Shown: piece after piece, positions 21,106 through 30,900 of the stretch
Position numbering within the stretch: position 1 is the stretch's first letter
Layout of the letters: the number at the start of each line of letters is the position of its first letter
NCBI GenBank assembly: GCA_012799635.1
Contig: JAAZKW010000028.1
Coordinates: 1-62,277, forward strand
From: Mollicutes bacterium
GTDB taxonomy: Bacteria > Bacillota_I > Bacilli_A > RF39 > UBA660
Reading direction: 5' to 3'
Length of the DNA: 62,277 bases
Position numbers and translations under genes: made by a program
The notes under the pieces: generated by a model
The model's database searches: none
What the model saw: the letters and a program-made list of their open reading frames with translations, nothing else
Told to the model about the DNA's origin: nothing

Positions 21106-21246
21106 TTTCAATAGCACTTGTATTTTATCATATGTTATATAAAGATAGCAAGGACTAAATTCATACAATACCTTTTTTTGTTTATAAATCACCAATTTTA
21201 ATATAAAATAAATTAAAAATGATATATAATTAAAAAAGAGGTAAAA

Positions 21247-21741
21247 ATGGAATATAGAGATTTATACGATGAAAATAAGAAGTTAACTGGAGATAAGATA
21301 AAAAAAGAAAATAAAATACCAGGGGGTAAATATTATTTAACTGTAATTGTTTTTATTGAAAATAAAAATAACGAGTTTTTACTACAAATAAACAAGAAAT
21401 TTAATTTATGGTCAACTACAGGCGGACATCCTAAAAGTGGAAAATCTAGTTTAGAGGGAATAAAAACAGAATGTTATGAAGAACTTGGCTTAGATATTGA
21501 TTTAAAAGAATTTAATTTATTCAAAACAATAAAAACAGAGGATGATTTTGTTGACTTATATTATGTAAAAAAGGATATTGATTTAAAAAAAATAAAAAAA
21601 GAAAACAAAGAAGTTGAAGATGTTAAATGGTTTTCTAAAAAACAAATTACGAATTTAATAAAAAAGGGCAAGTTACTCCCTTCTCACATAGCGTTTTATT
21701 TGGATTGTTTAAATTACTTAAAACAAACGGATAATAATTGA
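21247..21741 (+). CDS. NUDIX hydrolase
   Basis: WSTTGGHPKSG...TECYEELGL Nudix box. Confidence 0.85.
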   Translation: MEYRDLYDENKKLTGDKIKKENKIPGGKYYLTVIVFIENKNNEFLLQINKKFNLWSTTGGHPKSGKSSLEGIKTECYEELGLDIDLKEFNLFKTIKTEDDFVDLYYVKKDIDLKKIKKENKEVEDVKWFSKKQITNLIKKGKLLPSHIAFYLDCLNYLKQTDNN

Positions 21742-21831
21742 ACTATTCAATCCTAATTTCTTACAATTAATAAATCTTCCTTATTTTCAAAAATACATTC
21801 CGTTACTTGTTAGTATTTTTATTTGTAATCT

Positions 21832-22032
21832 TTAGATTTTAAAAGTTGATAATAGCACTTCATAATCCTTTAACATAAGTTCATACATAATAATTGGATC
21901 ATAACAATCATATGTATATATTTCTTGTTTTACTTCTTTTTTGAATTTTATGCCCTCTAAAGATAATAGTTTTTCTTTAAAATCATTAATATCAATATTA
22001 AGTATTTTTATTTCTAATTCTTCATCATTCAT
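21832..22032 (-). pseudogene. N-terminal fragment of a CYTH-family protein
   Basis: EELEIKIL ExExK motif and QEIYTYD; truncated at 66 aa. Confidence 0.65.
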
Positions 22033-22067
22033 AAAATTTCTTTATAACGTTTTTAAAAGATTCATAT

Positions 22068-22538
22068 CTACCTATTTTTGATTAATGAATTATATTCTTT
22101 TAAACCATCTTCATAACTAATATAATCCTGCCAACATTTCCATTTCATTATAGGTAATTTTTCCTCAGACCAAGGTAGTTTTGTTATTGAATAAACATCT
22201 CCCAAATAAACAATTGGTTCAACTTTTTCTTTTCTTATCAATACTAATCCATAATCTTTTTTCAAAGCTTCTAAAAATTGTTCATGTGTTTTATTATAAC
22301 TATGATAAGAACCGTTTATAAGTCGTACATAGCCTAATGGAGTAAGTATACTTTCAGGTATGCCATAATAAAACTCTAATCCCATAGCTCCATTATCAAC
22401 AATTTGACTATGACAAGGAGATACTTCATCGGTACTTGGGCTATTGATTTCAAAAGTAACTTGACATTGGTTTTTTATTCTAGCAAAGATGTCTTTTCTT
22501 ACTTTTTCCACATTTGTCCAATACGTCATTTTATCCAT
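22068..22538 (-). CDS. Hypothetical protein (gene B of the duplicated unit)
   Basis: 156 aa with RBS AAAGGAGG; paralogous fragment at 23982-24385. Confidence 0.7.
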   Translation of the reverse strand: MDKMTYWTNVEKVRKDIFARIKNQCQVTFEINSPSTDEVSPCHSQIVDNGAMGLEFYYGIPESILTPLGYVRLINGSYHSYNKTHEQFLEALKKDYGLVLIRKEKVEPIVYLGDVYSITKLPWSEEKLPIMKWKCWQDYISYEDGLKEYNSLIKNR

Positions 22539-22583
22539 GGAAAAACCCTCCTTTAAGCGCCTGTTATTTTATATAATAAATTG

Positions 22584-23237
22584 TTATTTATTTGCAAATG
22601 ATCTTACTATATCATCCTTAACATGAATCGTCTCACTTATAAGTTTTGTTTTGATAATCTCTTTTGCTTGTTCATAAAAAACACGCAATAGCTTCGCATT
22701 ATTTTCTGCTTCTAAAAGCTTTTTTAAATATTCTAAGCCCTTTATTTTCTTATCTACTTCATAATTAGAAATACTCTCGATTGCTTCATTAACAAGTTCT
22801 ATTTTATCACTATGAGAAATTAATTCTTCATGATGTTCGTATTTTTCCAAACAATATATACTTTTTTGATTTCCTTCTAAAATCCCTGCTAAAATAAATG
22901 CTAAATAAGGCGGTGTTACTTTTATACCATCAACTCCAATATAGTCATGAAGAAAGCCGTAAATAGTATCACCGGATAAGTGATATATATTTTCTATGTT
23001 TTCAAACATAGGATCCCCATTAGGTAAGCTCGCTCCTGAAATAAATTCTTTTTTTTCTTCATCAAATTCTGCGAAAGAAAAAACTTCATGTTTTTTCCCA
23101 TAAGTTCTATTACTACATTTTCTTACCACTTCATCTAATAATTCTTTTAATTTTTCAGCATCAATTAAAACAGTATAACGACGCTCTATATTATCTTCTT
23201 GGATTATATATTCAATCCCTGTATCTGTATACTTCAC
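22584..23237 (-). CDS. Hypothetical protein (gene A, left copy)
   Basis: GGAGG-N7-GTG start at 23237; extended -10 TGTTATAAT promoter upstream. Confidence 0.75.
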   Translation of the reverse strand: MKYTDTGIEYIIQEDNIERRYTVLIDAEKLKELLDEVVRKCSNRTYGKKHEVFSFAEFDEEKKEFISGASLPNGDPMFENIENIYHLSGDTIYGFLHDYIGVDGIKVTPPYLAFILAGILEGNQKSIYCLEKYEHHEELISHSDKIELVNEAIESISNYEVDKKIKGLEYLKKLLEAENNAKLLRVFYEQAKEIIKTKLISETIHVKDDIVRSFANK

Positions 23238-23403
23238 AACAAAACCTCCGTTCAAAAGATATTATAACAGTCACATATATCTTTAGTCAATTCATTTATT
23301 CATCTTATTTATAAGTATATTAGCAGTTATATCTCCGGTTACATTTAATGTTGTATATGCCATATCCAATAATTTATATATATCCTAATTATAATCTTAC
23401 CTA

Positions 23404-23962
23404 TTAATCATCTTTTTTTATCGCTTCATCAAAAGTTAATATTTCATATTCATTTAAATTTATACCACTTTCTTCATATACATCATCAGTATTTATAACT
23501 CTAATATCTTTTTTAATATAACCTAATCTTTTAGCTAAATCATAAATATCTTTAACATTTTTCCTTTCAATTTCAACATATTGGTTTAATTAAAGGCCAT
23601 GAATCTATTTCTATTTGCATATCTTTATAAACATAGCTTATTCTTTTTTTCTCGACCAATTTTTTACGAAAATAACCAAATTCTTCAAGTAAAGAGTTTG
23701 CCATTTCAAAATTATCTACTTTAATTTCGATTTCTTTAACATTTTTTATATCATAATCTTTTAAAGTGCTATATATATATTTAATCTTAAGTTCACATGT
23801 ATCACCATTTTGTCTTAATCTTATCCATTTAAAAAATCTATTTTTAGTATCTTTATTGTTAAGAATATCTATATCTACATTTTTTATATTTTTATAAATA
23901 TAAGCATCTAAATAATCATATCTGGTTATCTTATAGATTATCTTTTTATCTTTTTCATTTAT
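23404..23962 (-). pseudogene. Frameshifted C-terminal part of the CYTH-family gene
   Basis: Hand translation gives WIRLRQNG, KEIEIKVDNFEMANSLLEEFGY, EKKRISY, IEIDSWP in shifting frames; not in the ORF track. Confidence 0.7.
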
Positions 23963-23981
23963 GTTTTTAAAAAATTCATAT

Positions 23982-24385
23982 CTACCTATTTTTTCTTAAT
24001 GAATTATATTCTTTTAAACCATCTTCATAACTAGTATAATCCTGCCAGCGTTTCCATTTCATTATAGGTAATTTTTCCTCAGACCAAGGTAGTTTTGTTA
24101 TTGAATAAACATCACCCAAATAAACAATTGGTTCAACTTTTTCTTTTCTTATCAATACTAATCCATAATCTTTTTTCAAAGCTTCTAAAAATTGTTCATG
24201 TGTTTCATTATAACTATGATAAGAACCGTTTATAAGTCGTACATAGCCTAATAGTATACTTTCAGATAACTCTAATCCCATAGCTCCATTATCAACAATT
24301 TGACTATGACAAAAAGATACTTCATCAGTACTTGGGCTATTGATTTCAAAAGTAACTTGACATTGGTTTTTTATTCTAGCAAATT
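23982..24385 (-). pseudogene. 5'-truncated copy of gene B
   Basis: Homology to 22068-22538 stops near 24382; RBS and start codon missing; internal deletion. Confidence 0.75.
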
Positions 24386-24415
24386 TGAATAGCTATTATT
24401 TTATATAATAAATTG

Positions 24416-25084
24416 TTATTTATTTGCAAATGATCTTACTATATCATCCTTAACATGAATCATCTCATTTATAAGTTTTATTTTAATAATCTCTTTTGCT
24501 TGTTCATAAAAAACACGTAATAGCTTCGCATCAAAATATTGCTTTTCTTTTTCTGCTTCCAAAAGTTTTTTTAAATATTCTAAACCCTTTATTTTTTTAT
24601 CTACCTCATAATCATCAATACTCTCGATTGCTTCCTTAACAAGTTCTATTTTATCACTATGAGAAATTAATTCTTCATGACGATCGTATTTTTCCAAATG
24701 ATATATACTTTCTTGGTTCCCTTTTAAAATCCCTGCTAAAATAAATGCTAAATAAGGCGGTGTTACTTTTATACCATCAACTCCAATAGAGTCACAATGA
24801 TAGCTGAAATGATTATTAGAGGTAAAGCGATATATCTTTTCTATGTTTTCAAACATAGGATCCCCATTAGGTAAGCATTCTCCTGAAATAAATTCTTTTT
24901 TTTCTTCATCAAATTCTGCAGAATAAGAAGCTTCATGTCTTTTCCCATGAGTTCTATAACTACATTTTCTTACCACTTCATCTAATAATTCTTTTAATTT
25001 TTCAGCATCAATTAAAACAGTATAACGACGCTCTATATTATCTTTTTGGATTATATATTCAATCCCTGTATCTGTATACTTCAC
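24416..25084 (-). CDS. Hypothetical protein (gene A, right copy)
   Basis: Same promoter and GTG start as the left copy; variable central block. Confidence 0.75.
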   Translation of the reverse strand: MKYTDTGIEYIIQKDNIERRYTVLIDAEKLKELLDEVVRKCSYRTHGKRHEASYSAEFDEEKKEFISGECLPNGDPMFENIEKIYRFTSNNHFSYHCDSIGVDGIKVTPPYLAFILAGILKGNQESIYHLEKYDRHEELISHSDKIELVKEAIESIDDYEVDKKIKGLEYLKKLLEAEKEKQYFDAKLLRVFYEQAKEIIKIKLINEMIHVKDDIVRSFANK

Positions 25085-25138
25085 AACAAAACCTCCGTTC
25101 AAAAGATATTATAACAGTCACATATATCTTTAGTCAAT

Positions 25139-26308
25139 TTATTTATTCATCTTATTTATAAGTATATTAGCAGTTATATCTCCAGTTACATTTAATGTTG
25201 TATATGCCATATCCAATAATTTATATATACCTGAATAAAAACCTATAAAAGATAAAGGTATATTAAAATAAGATAAGTATGTAGCACCAATTACAATACC
25301 ACCGCCGGGTATTCCTGGGGCTGCCATATTAATAAAAGTCGCTACAACAAGCATTAATAAATATGTTGTAAGGGTTATCTTTATTCCAAATAATGTAGCA
25401 TTAAATAAACCTAATAATGCAAAAGATACTGCTCCGCCACACATATGAATAGTGCATCCCAAAGGAACTACTATATCTGTTGTCTTTGAAGGTATATTAA
25501 AGCCTTCTTTACATGTTTTAATTGTATAGGGAAGAGTTGCCATTGAAGAACATGTTGTTAATGTAATAAGCCATACTTTACTAACTTTTTTTATATAAGT
25601 AATAGGATTAATCTTAGCAAAAAACCACACTGGTAAAATCATTATAAAAAACAAAACAATGATACTTGAAAAATATGCAATTCCTATATATTTTAAACCA
25701 TATTTAATAATACTTATCCCATAGGTTGCAACTGTATTTCCAACTAAAGAAAAAACTCCTATTGGTGTCAGAAGAATAATATCTTCCAAAAGTTTATTAA
25801 AAATATTTTTTAATCCCTCTAATAAATCAATTACTTTGTTACCATTTTTAACCTTATCTGCATATATTCCAAAAAACATAGCTAAAATAATACCCGGAAG
25901 AATTAAATTGTTTTGAAAGATATCAATTATATTACTTGGGAATAAATTTGTAACAATATCGGTCATTTTGAAAGATGTTAAAGTTCCATCCCAATCTTTA
26001 AGTTGATAATTAAAACCCTTCGAAGGATTTATTAAAGTTACAATTAATGATGTTATTAAAAAACTCATAATAAACATAACAATAAACAGTACCACCGTTT
26101 TTATTATTAATTTGCTACCTTTTTTAACTGATTTATTTATAGTTATAGAAATAGATGTAAATAAAATTGGAATGATAATAAATTTAAGAAGGTTTATATA
26201 TATGACTCCCAAAAAAGATAACTCTTGCATTAATTTAGGGAAAAACACACCAAATATAATACCTATTATTAAACCTATTATAATAAATATATTAAAATTT
26301 TTTCTCAT
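25139..26308 (-). CDS. Dicarboxylate/amino acid:cation symporter (DAACS)
   Basis: TCSSMATLP, PLGCTIHMCG, APGIPGG, LDMAYTTLNVTGD. Confidence 0.92.
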   Translation of the reverse strand: MRKNFNIFIIIGLIIGIIFGVFFPKLMQELSFLGVIYINLLKFIIIPILFTSISITINKSVKKGSKLIIKTVVLFIVMFIMSFLITSLIVTLINPSKGFNYQLKDWDGTLTSFKMTDIVTNLFPSNIIDIFQNNLILPGIILAMFFGIYADKVKNGNKVIDLLEGLKNIFNKLLEDIILLTPIGVFSLVGNTVATYGISIIKYGLKYIGIAYFSSIIVLFFIMILPVWFFAKINPITYIKKVSKVWLITLTTCSSMATLPYTIKTCKEGFNIPSKTTDIVVPLGCTIHMCGGAVSFALLGLFNATLFGIKITLTTYLLMLVVATFINMAAPGIPGGGIVIGATYLSYFNIPLSFIGFYSGIYKLLDMAYTTLNVTGDITANILINKMNK

Positions 26309-27464
26309 AATAATTCTCCATTCTTTTAATTGCTTTTAAAACAGATTCTCTAGTTCCTAAAGCAGATACTCTAAAATAATTATCTCCTTTGTTGCCAAAT
26401 ATAATACCTGGTATTACAATAATATTTAATTCTTTTAAAAAGAACTCAAAAGTTTCCCAAGAGTTTAAATTATTAGGATTTTTAATCCATAAAAAGGGAG
26501 AATCTATTCCACCCATAACAACAAATTGATACTTTTCAAAAACTTTTTTTAATAACTTTGCATTATCTTGATAATATTTAATATTTTTAGATATTAATCT
26601 TTTTGCTTTTGGTAAAAAGGTTGCTTCAGCACCTTTTTGTGCTATATAATCAGCCCCATTAAAACGATTAATTGTTCTTAATTTCCAAAGATCATTAATA
26701 TCTTTACAAATATCATTAGGAATTATAAAGTATGAACATCTTACTCCTGTAAAACTAGCATTTTTAGAAAAACTTCTAAATTCAATAGCAACCTTTTTAG
26801 CATCTTTTATATCATATATTGATTTAGGAACATCTTTATTTGTTATAAAACGATGATAAACATTATCATATAAAATAATAGCTTTATTTTTTAGTGCATA
26901 AGAAACCCATTTTTCTAACACATCTTTTGAATATGCAATACCAATAGGATTATTTGGTGAACACATATATATTAAATCATATTTTTCTTTTGGGATTATG
27001 GGATTAAAATTTTCATCAAAGTTATTTAAGATAGTTACTTTTCTATTAATACATAAAGATCCATCTTTATAAATAGGATATAATGGCTCATAGGCACATA
27101 TTTTACTATTGATATCAAATAATTCCAATATACTTGTTGTATCTGTTTTTGTACCATTAGAAATATATATTTCATTTAATGAAAAAGATTTATCTTTATA
27201 TTCGTTATCCAAAATAGCTTGTTTTAAAAAATCATGGCCATAATAAAAACCATATCCCTTAAATGTTTTAATATCCGCTAGGTCATTAATAGCTTTATGC
27301 ATAGCATCAACAACTGGTTTAACAATCGGTTTTGAAACATCACCAATACCAAGAGAAATTATTTTTTTATTAGGATATTCTTTTTTAAAGGCTTTTACCT
27401 TCTCACTAACATTTTTAAAACTATTTGTCCCTTGCAGTACATATATATCATTAAATTTAACCAT
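26292..27464 (-). CDS. dapL: LL-diaminopimelate aminotransferase-like (class I/II PLP)
   Basis: IISLGIGDV, CSPNNPIG, AIEFRSFSKNASFTGVRC. Confidence 0.8.
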   Translation of the reverse strand: MVKFNDIYVLQGTNSFKNVSEKVKAFKKEYPNKKIISLGIGDVSKPIVKPVVDAMHKAINDLADIKTFKGYGFYYGHDFLKQAILDNEYKDKSFSLNEIYISNGTKTDTTSILELFDINSKICAYEPLYPIYKDGSLCINRKVTILNNFDENFNPIIPKEKYDLIYMCSPNNPIGIAYSKDVLEKWVSYALKNKAIILYDNVYHRFITNKDVPKSIYDIKDAKKVAIEFRSFSKNASFTGVRCSYFIIPNDICKDINDLWKLRTINRFNGADYIAQKGAEATFLPKAKRLISKNIKYYQDNAKLLKKVFEKYQFVVMGGIDSPFLWIKNPNNLNSWETFEFFLKELNIIVIPGIIFGNKGDNYFRVSALGTRESVLKAIKRMENYYEKKF

Positions 27465-27481
27465 AGTATTATCACCCTAAT

Positions 27482-27994
27482 TTATATTTTTTTTATAAAA
27501 GCAATATTCACTCCTCTTTCATTTTCATATTTATTTACAATTTTATAATCAAGATCTTCAAAGTTTTTCTTTGAACGAATGTTTTTCTCCGATACTTTTG
27601 TAAAAATATATTTATAATTTTTACTTTTAGCATACTTTTCTAAAACTAAAATCATTTGTTTTTGAAGTTTATTTCCCCTATAATTAGGATGTACCATAAC
27701 AGGACCTACTGATGTAGTTTCTTTTTCATCATATGAAAGATTATGTTTATCAAGTGTTTTTCTCATTACTGGTATTAAAAAAATTGAACATACAGGAATA
27801 TTATTGTCATAATAAAGCCATATTTTTCCACCATTTTCTAAAATATTTATTACATCTTCTTTAGTAAAAGCGCCTAGTAAATCTTTATCATCCAAATTAT
27901 CTAAAACTATATTATATAAATTTAAATAATCATCTATATTAGTGGTTTTTTTTATTTTTAAATCTTTTAACTTTATCATCCTTTCTCCTTTCAT
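27482..27994 (-). CDS. GNAT N-acetyltransferase (likely start 27979)
   Basis: VHPNYRGNKLQ motif A, NIRSKKNF. Confidence 0.8.
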   Translation of the reverse strand: MKGERMIKLKDLKIKKTTNIDDYLNLYNIVLDNLDDKDLLGAFTKEDVINILENGGKIWLYYDNNIPVCSIFLIPVMRKTLDKHNLSYDEKETTSVGPVMVHPNYRGNKLQKQMILVLEKYAKSKNYKYIFTKVSEKNIRSKKNFEDLDYKIVNKYENERGVNIAFIKKI

Positions 27995-27996
27995 TT

Positions 27997-30900
27997 TTAA
28001 AACAAACTAAGTTGTGAAGATTCCGGCATTCCTTCAAAAATACCCATATCCTTCATCTTATCAACTAAGGTTTGAGAAGCTCTACAGCGATTTTGAAAGT
28101 CTTCAATAGAAATAAATGGTTGCTTTTTAGCCTCTTTTACAATATTATTTGCAACAGTTTCTCCAAGACCATCAATTGTTATAAACGGTGGTATTAAAGT
28201 AAAATCATCTTTAATATCAAAATTTTTTGCCTTACTTTGATATAAATCAATTGGAGCAAGTTTAATTTTTCTAGCAGCTGCTTCAAGAGCAACACTTAAA
28301 CATTCTAATGTACCAATTTCTTTATTAGTTGCCTCAAAACCTTTGTTCTTAATCTCTATTATTCTTTTCTTTATTTGGTCATATCCACCAAGCATAGCAA
28401 CAATATCAAAATCTGTTGCTTTAGTAGAAAACCATGAGGCATAAAAGCATGCTGGCATATGGACCTTATACCAAGCAATTCTAAAAGCACTCATAACATA
28501 AGCTGCAGCATGAGCTTTTGGAAACATATATTTAATTTTTTCACATGAATCGATAAACCATTCTTCGATTCCTGCATCTTGCATTGTCTTTCGATGCTCT
28601 TCCCAAGTAAGTTGATCTTTACTTGCCTTACCTCTTCTTACAAACTCCATTATCCTAAAAGCCTTTATCGGTTCTAAACCTTTATAGATAAGATAAACCA
28701 TTATGTCATCACGACAACCAATTACCTCTTTAAAAGGAACAATTTTATTTTTAATTAGTTCTTGAGCATTACCTCGCCAAACATCAGTACCATGTGATAG
28801 CCCTGCAATTTTAACTAGTTCTGCAAAGGATGTTGGTTTTATTTCATCTACCATTCCTATTGTAAAATTAGTACCAAATTCTGGAATACCTAAAGTACCT
28901 GTAGGACACATGATTTCTTCAGTAGTAACTCCTAAAGCATCAGTTGATGAAAAGATAGACATGGTCTTTTTATCATCCATTGGAACTTCTAAAACATTTG
29001 TATTAGAAAGCTCTTGAATTAAACGTAATTGGGTTGGATCTGAATGTCCTAAAATATCTAGTTTAAGAAGATTTTCTTCCAAAGATTGATAAGCAAAATG
29101 AGTTGTTCGCCATGAAGATTTATTCTCATCCGCAGGATATTGAAATGCAGTAAAATCAAAGACTTCTTTATAATCAGGAATAACTACAATTCCTCCGGGA
29201 TGTTGACCAGTAGTTCTTTTTACTCCAGTACATCCTAATGCAAGACGTTCTATTTCAATATTTTGTTTACCTAAAATACCATTATCTTCTAAATAACCTT
29301 TAACAAAACCAAAAGCCGTTCTATCTGCTACAGTAGTAATCGTTCCTGCACGATAAACATTATCAACACCAAACAATACCTTAGTATATTCATGAGCATC
29401 TGCTTGATTTAAATCTGAAAAGTTAAGATCAATATCAGGAACTTTATCGGCATTAAAACCTAAGAAAGTTGCAAATGGCATATCTTGACCATCTTTTTTT
29501 AATGGATTACCACAAACAGGACAATCTTTATCTGGAAGATCAAATCCTGAAGCATAATTTTGACCATAAGGAATATTTTCTTCATCTTCAAAAGAGGAAT
29601 ATTTACATTTTAAACAACGATAATGAGCTGGAAGAGCATTTACTTCGGTTATACCTATTAAATGAGCAACAAAACTTGAGCCAACACTTCCTCTTGAACC
29701 TACAATAAAACCAGCATCATTAGAATTTTTAACTAATCTTTGAGATATTAAATAAATAGCATCAAAACCGCCACCAATAATACCACCCAAAGATTTTTTA
29801 ATCTTTTTTTCTAAAATTTCATCAGTAAGCTTGCCATCTTTATCATCCCAATTTTCTTTAACATATTCTTTAGTTATCTTATAAACTTTATCATAACCCG
29901 AGAGTATCGTTTCATGGATATTATTAAAAATTAGTTTTTCTAACTCTTTTTCTTCCAATTTAGAATTTTCTTTTAATAATTTATCATGCCAATAATTATA
30001 TACAATATCACCATATAATTCTTTAGATATTCTTTCTTCAATATTATATGGTAAAACATCTCCATACCATTCTTTAGCAGTTTGATAAACAAGATCTGTA
30101 ACAACTTTTTGACAATCAATAAATTCCTTAGTATTTTCATCTCTAACTCTTGGGGAAAAAGGAACTCCTTTGGTATCAAGTATTACTTCAATATTTTCTA
30201 TCATATCAAATACTTTATTAGTATTAGTAACCACTATTTCATAAGCAAGGTCTTTATCAAGAAATTTAAAATCATCAAGCATTTCTTTTGTAGTTCTAAA
30301 ATGCATCGAAGGAATTTCTTTGATATCTTTTTTATTAAGAGGATGAAGTCCACCACCAGGTACTTTTTGATTAACAATTATTTTTCTAAATATTTTATCT
30401 TCTTTATCAAAATGATGAACATCTCCAGTAGCAACAATAATTTTACCATTTTGTTTAGTAGCATTAATTATCTTTTTAAGATGATTTTCAACCTCTTCTT
30501 TATTTTTAAAATCAGATGTTTGAATTAAATGATCATAACATTCTGGTGGCTGTACTTCTATATAATCATAGAAATTAATTATATTAGCAAGATCATCTTT
30601 ATCTTTACTTCTTGCTTCAATAAATACCTCTGATTCATAACAACCACTTCCAATAAGAAGCCCTTCTCTTAAGGAAGAAAGCTCACTTCTTGGTATTCGA
30701 GGGGTTTTATAAAGATATTTAGTTGATGCAAGAGAAATAAGTTTAAATAAATTTTTAAGACCAACCCTATCTTTACATAATAAATTAACATGATAAGTCT
30801 TACCAAATTTATATATTTCATCTTTAGATATTAATCTTTCAATATCATTTATATTCTCTATATTTTGATTAATTAATTTTTTAAGCATTTTATCAAATAC

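Larger units (their letters stand above)
22049..23382. repeat. Tandem-duplicated unit, left copy (gene B, gene A, symporter 3' end)
   Basis: Near-identical to 23963-25229 apart from deletions and a variable block. Confidence 0.9.
23963..25229. repeat. Tandem-duplicated unit, right copy
   Basis: Matches 22049-23382; gene B here lacks its start and a short internal stretch. Confidence 0.9.

Noticed and set aside
22049-25229. A complete DGR, IS element or prophage
   Set aside because: No reverse transcriptase, template repeat, transposase or phage structural gene recognised; only the variable-block signature is kept as a finding.
29790-30017. PolC insertion as an intein
   Set aside because: No N-terminal Cys/Ser or C-terminal His-Asn, and too short.
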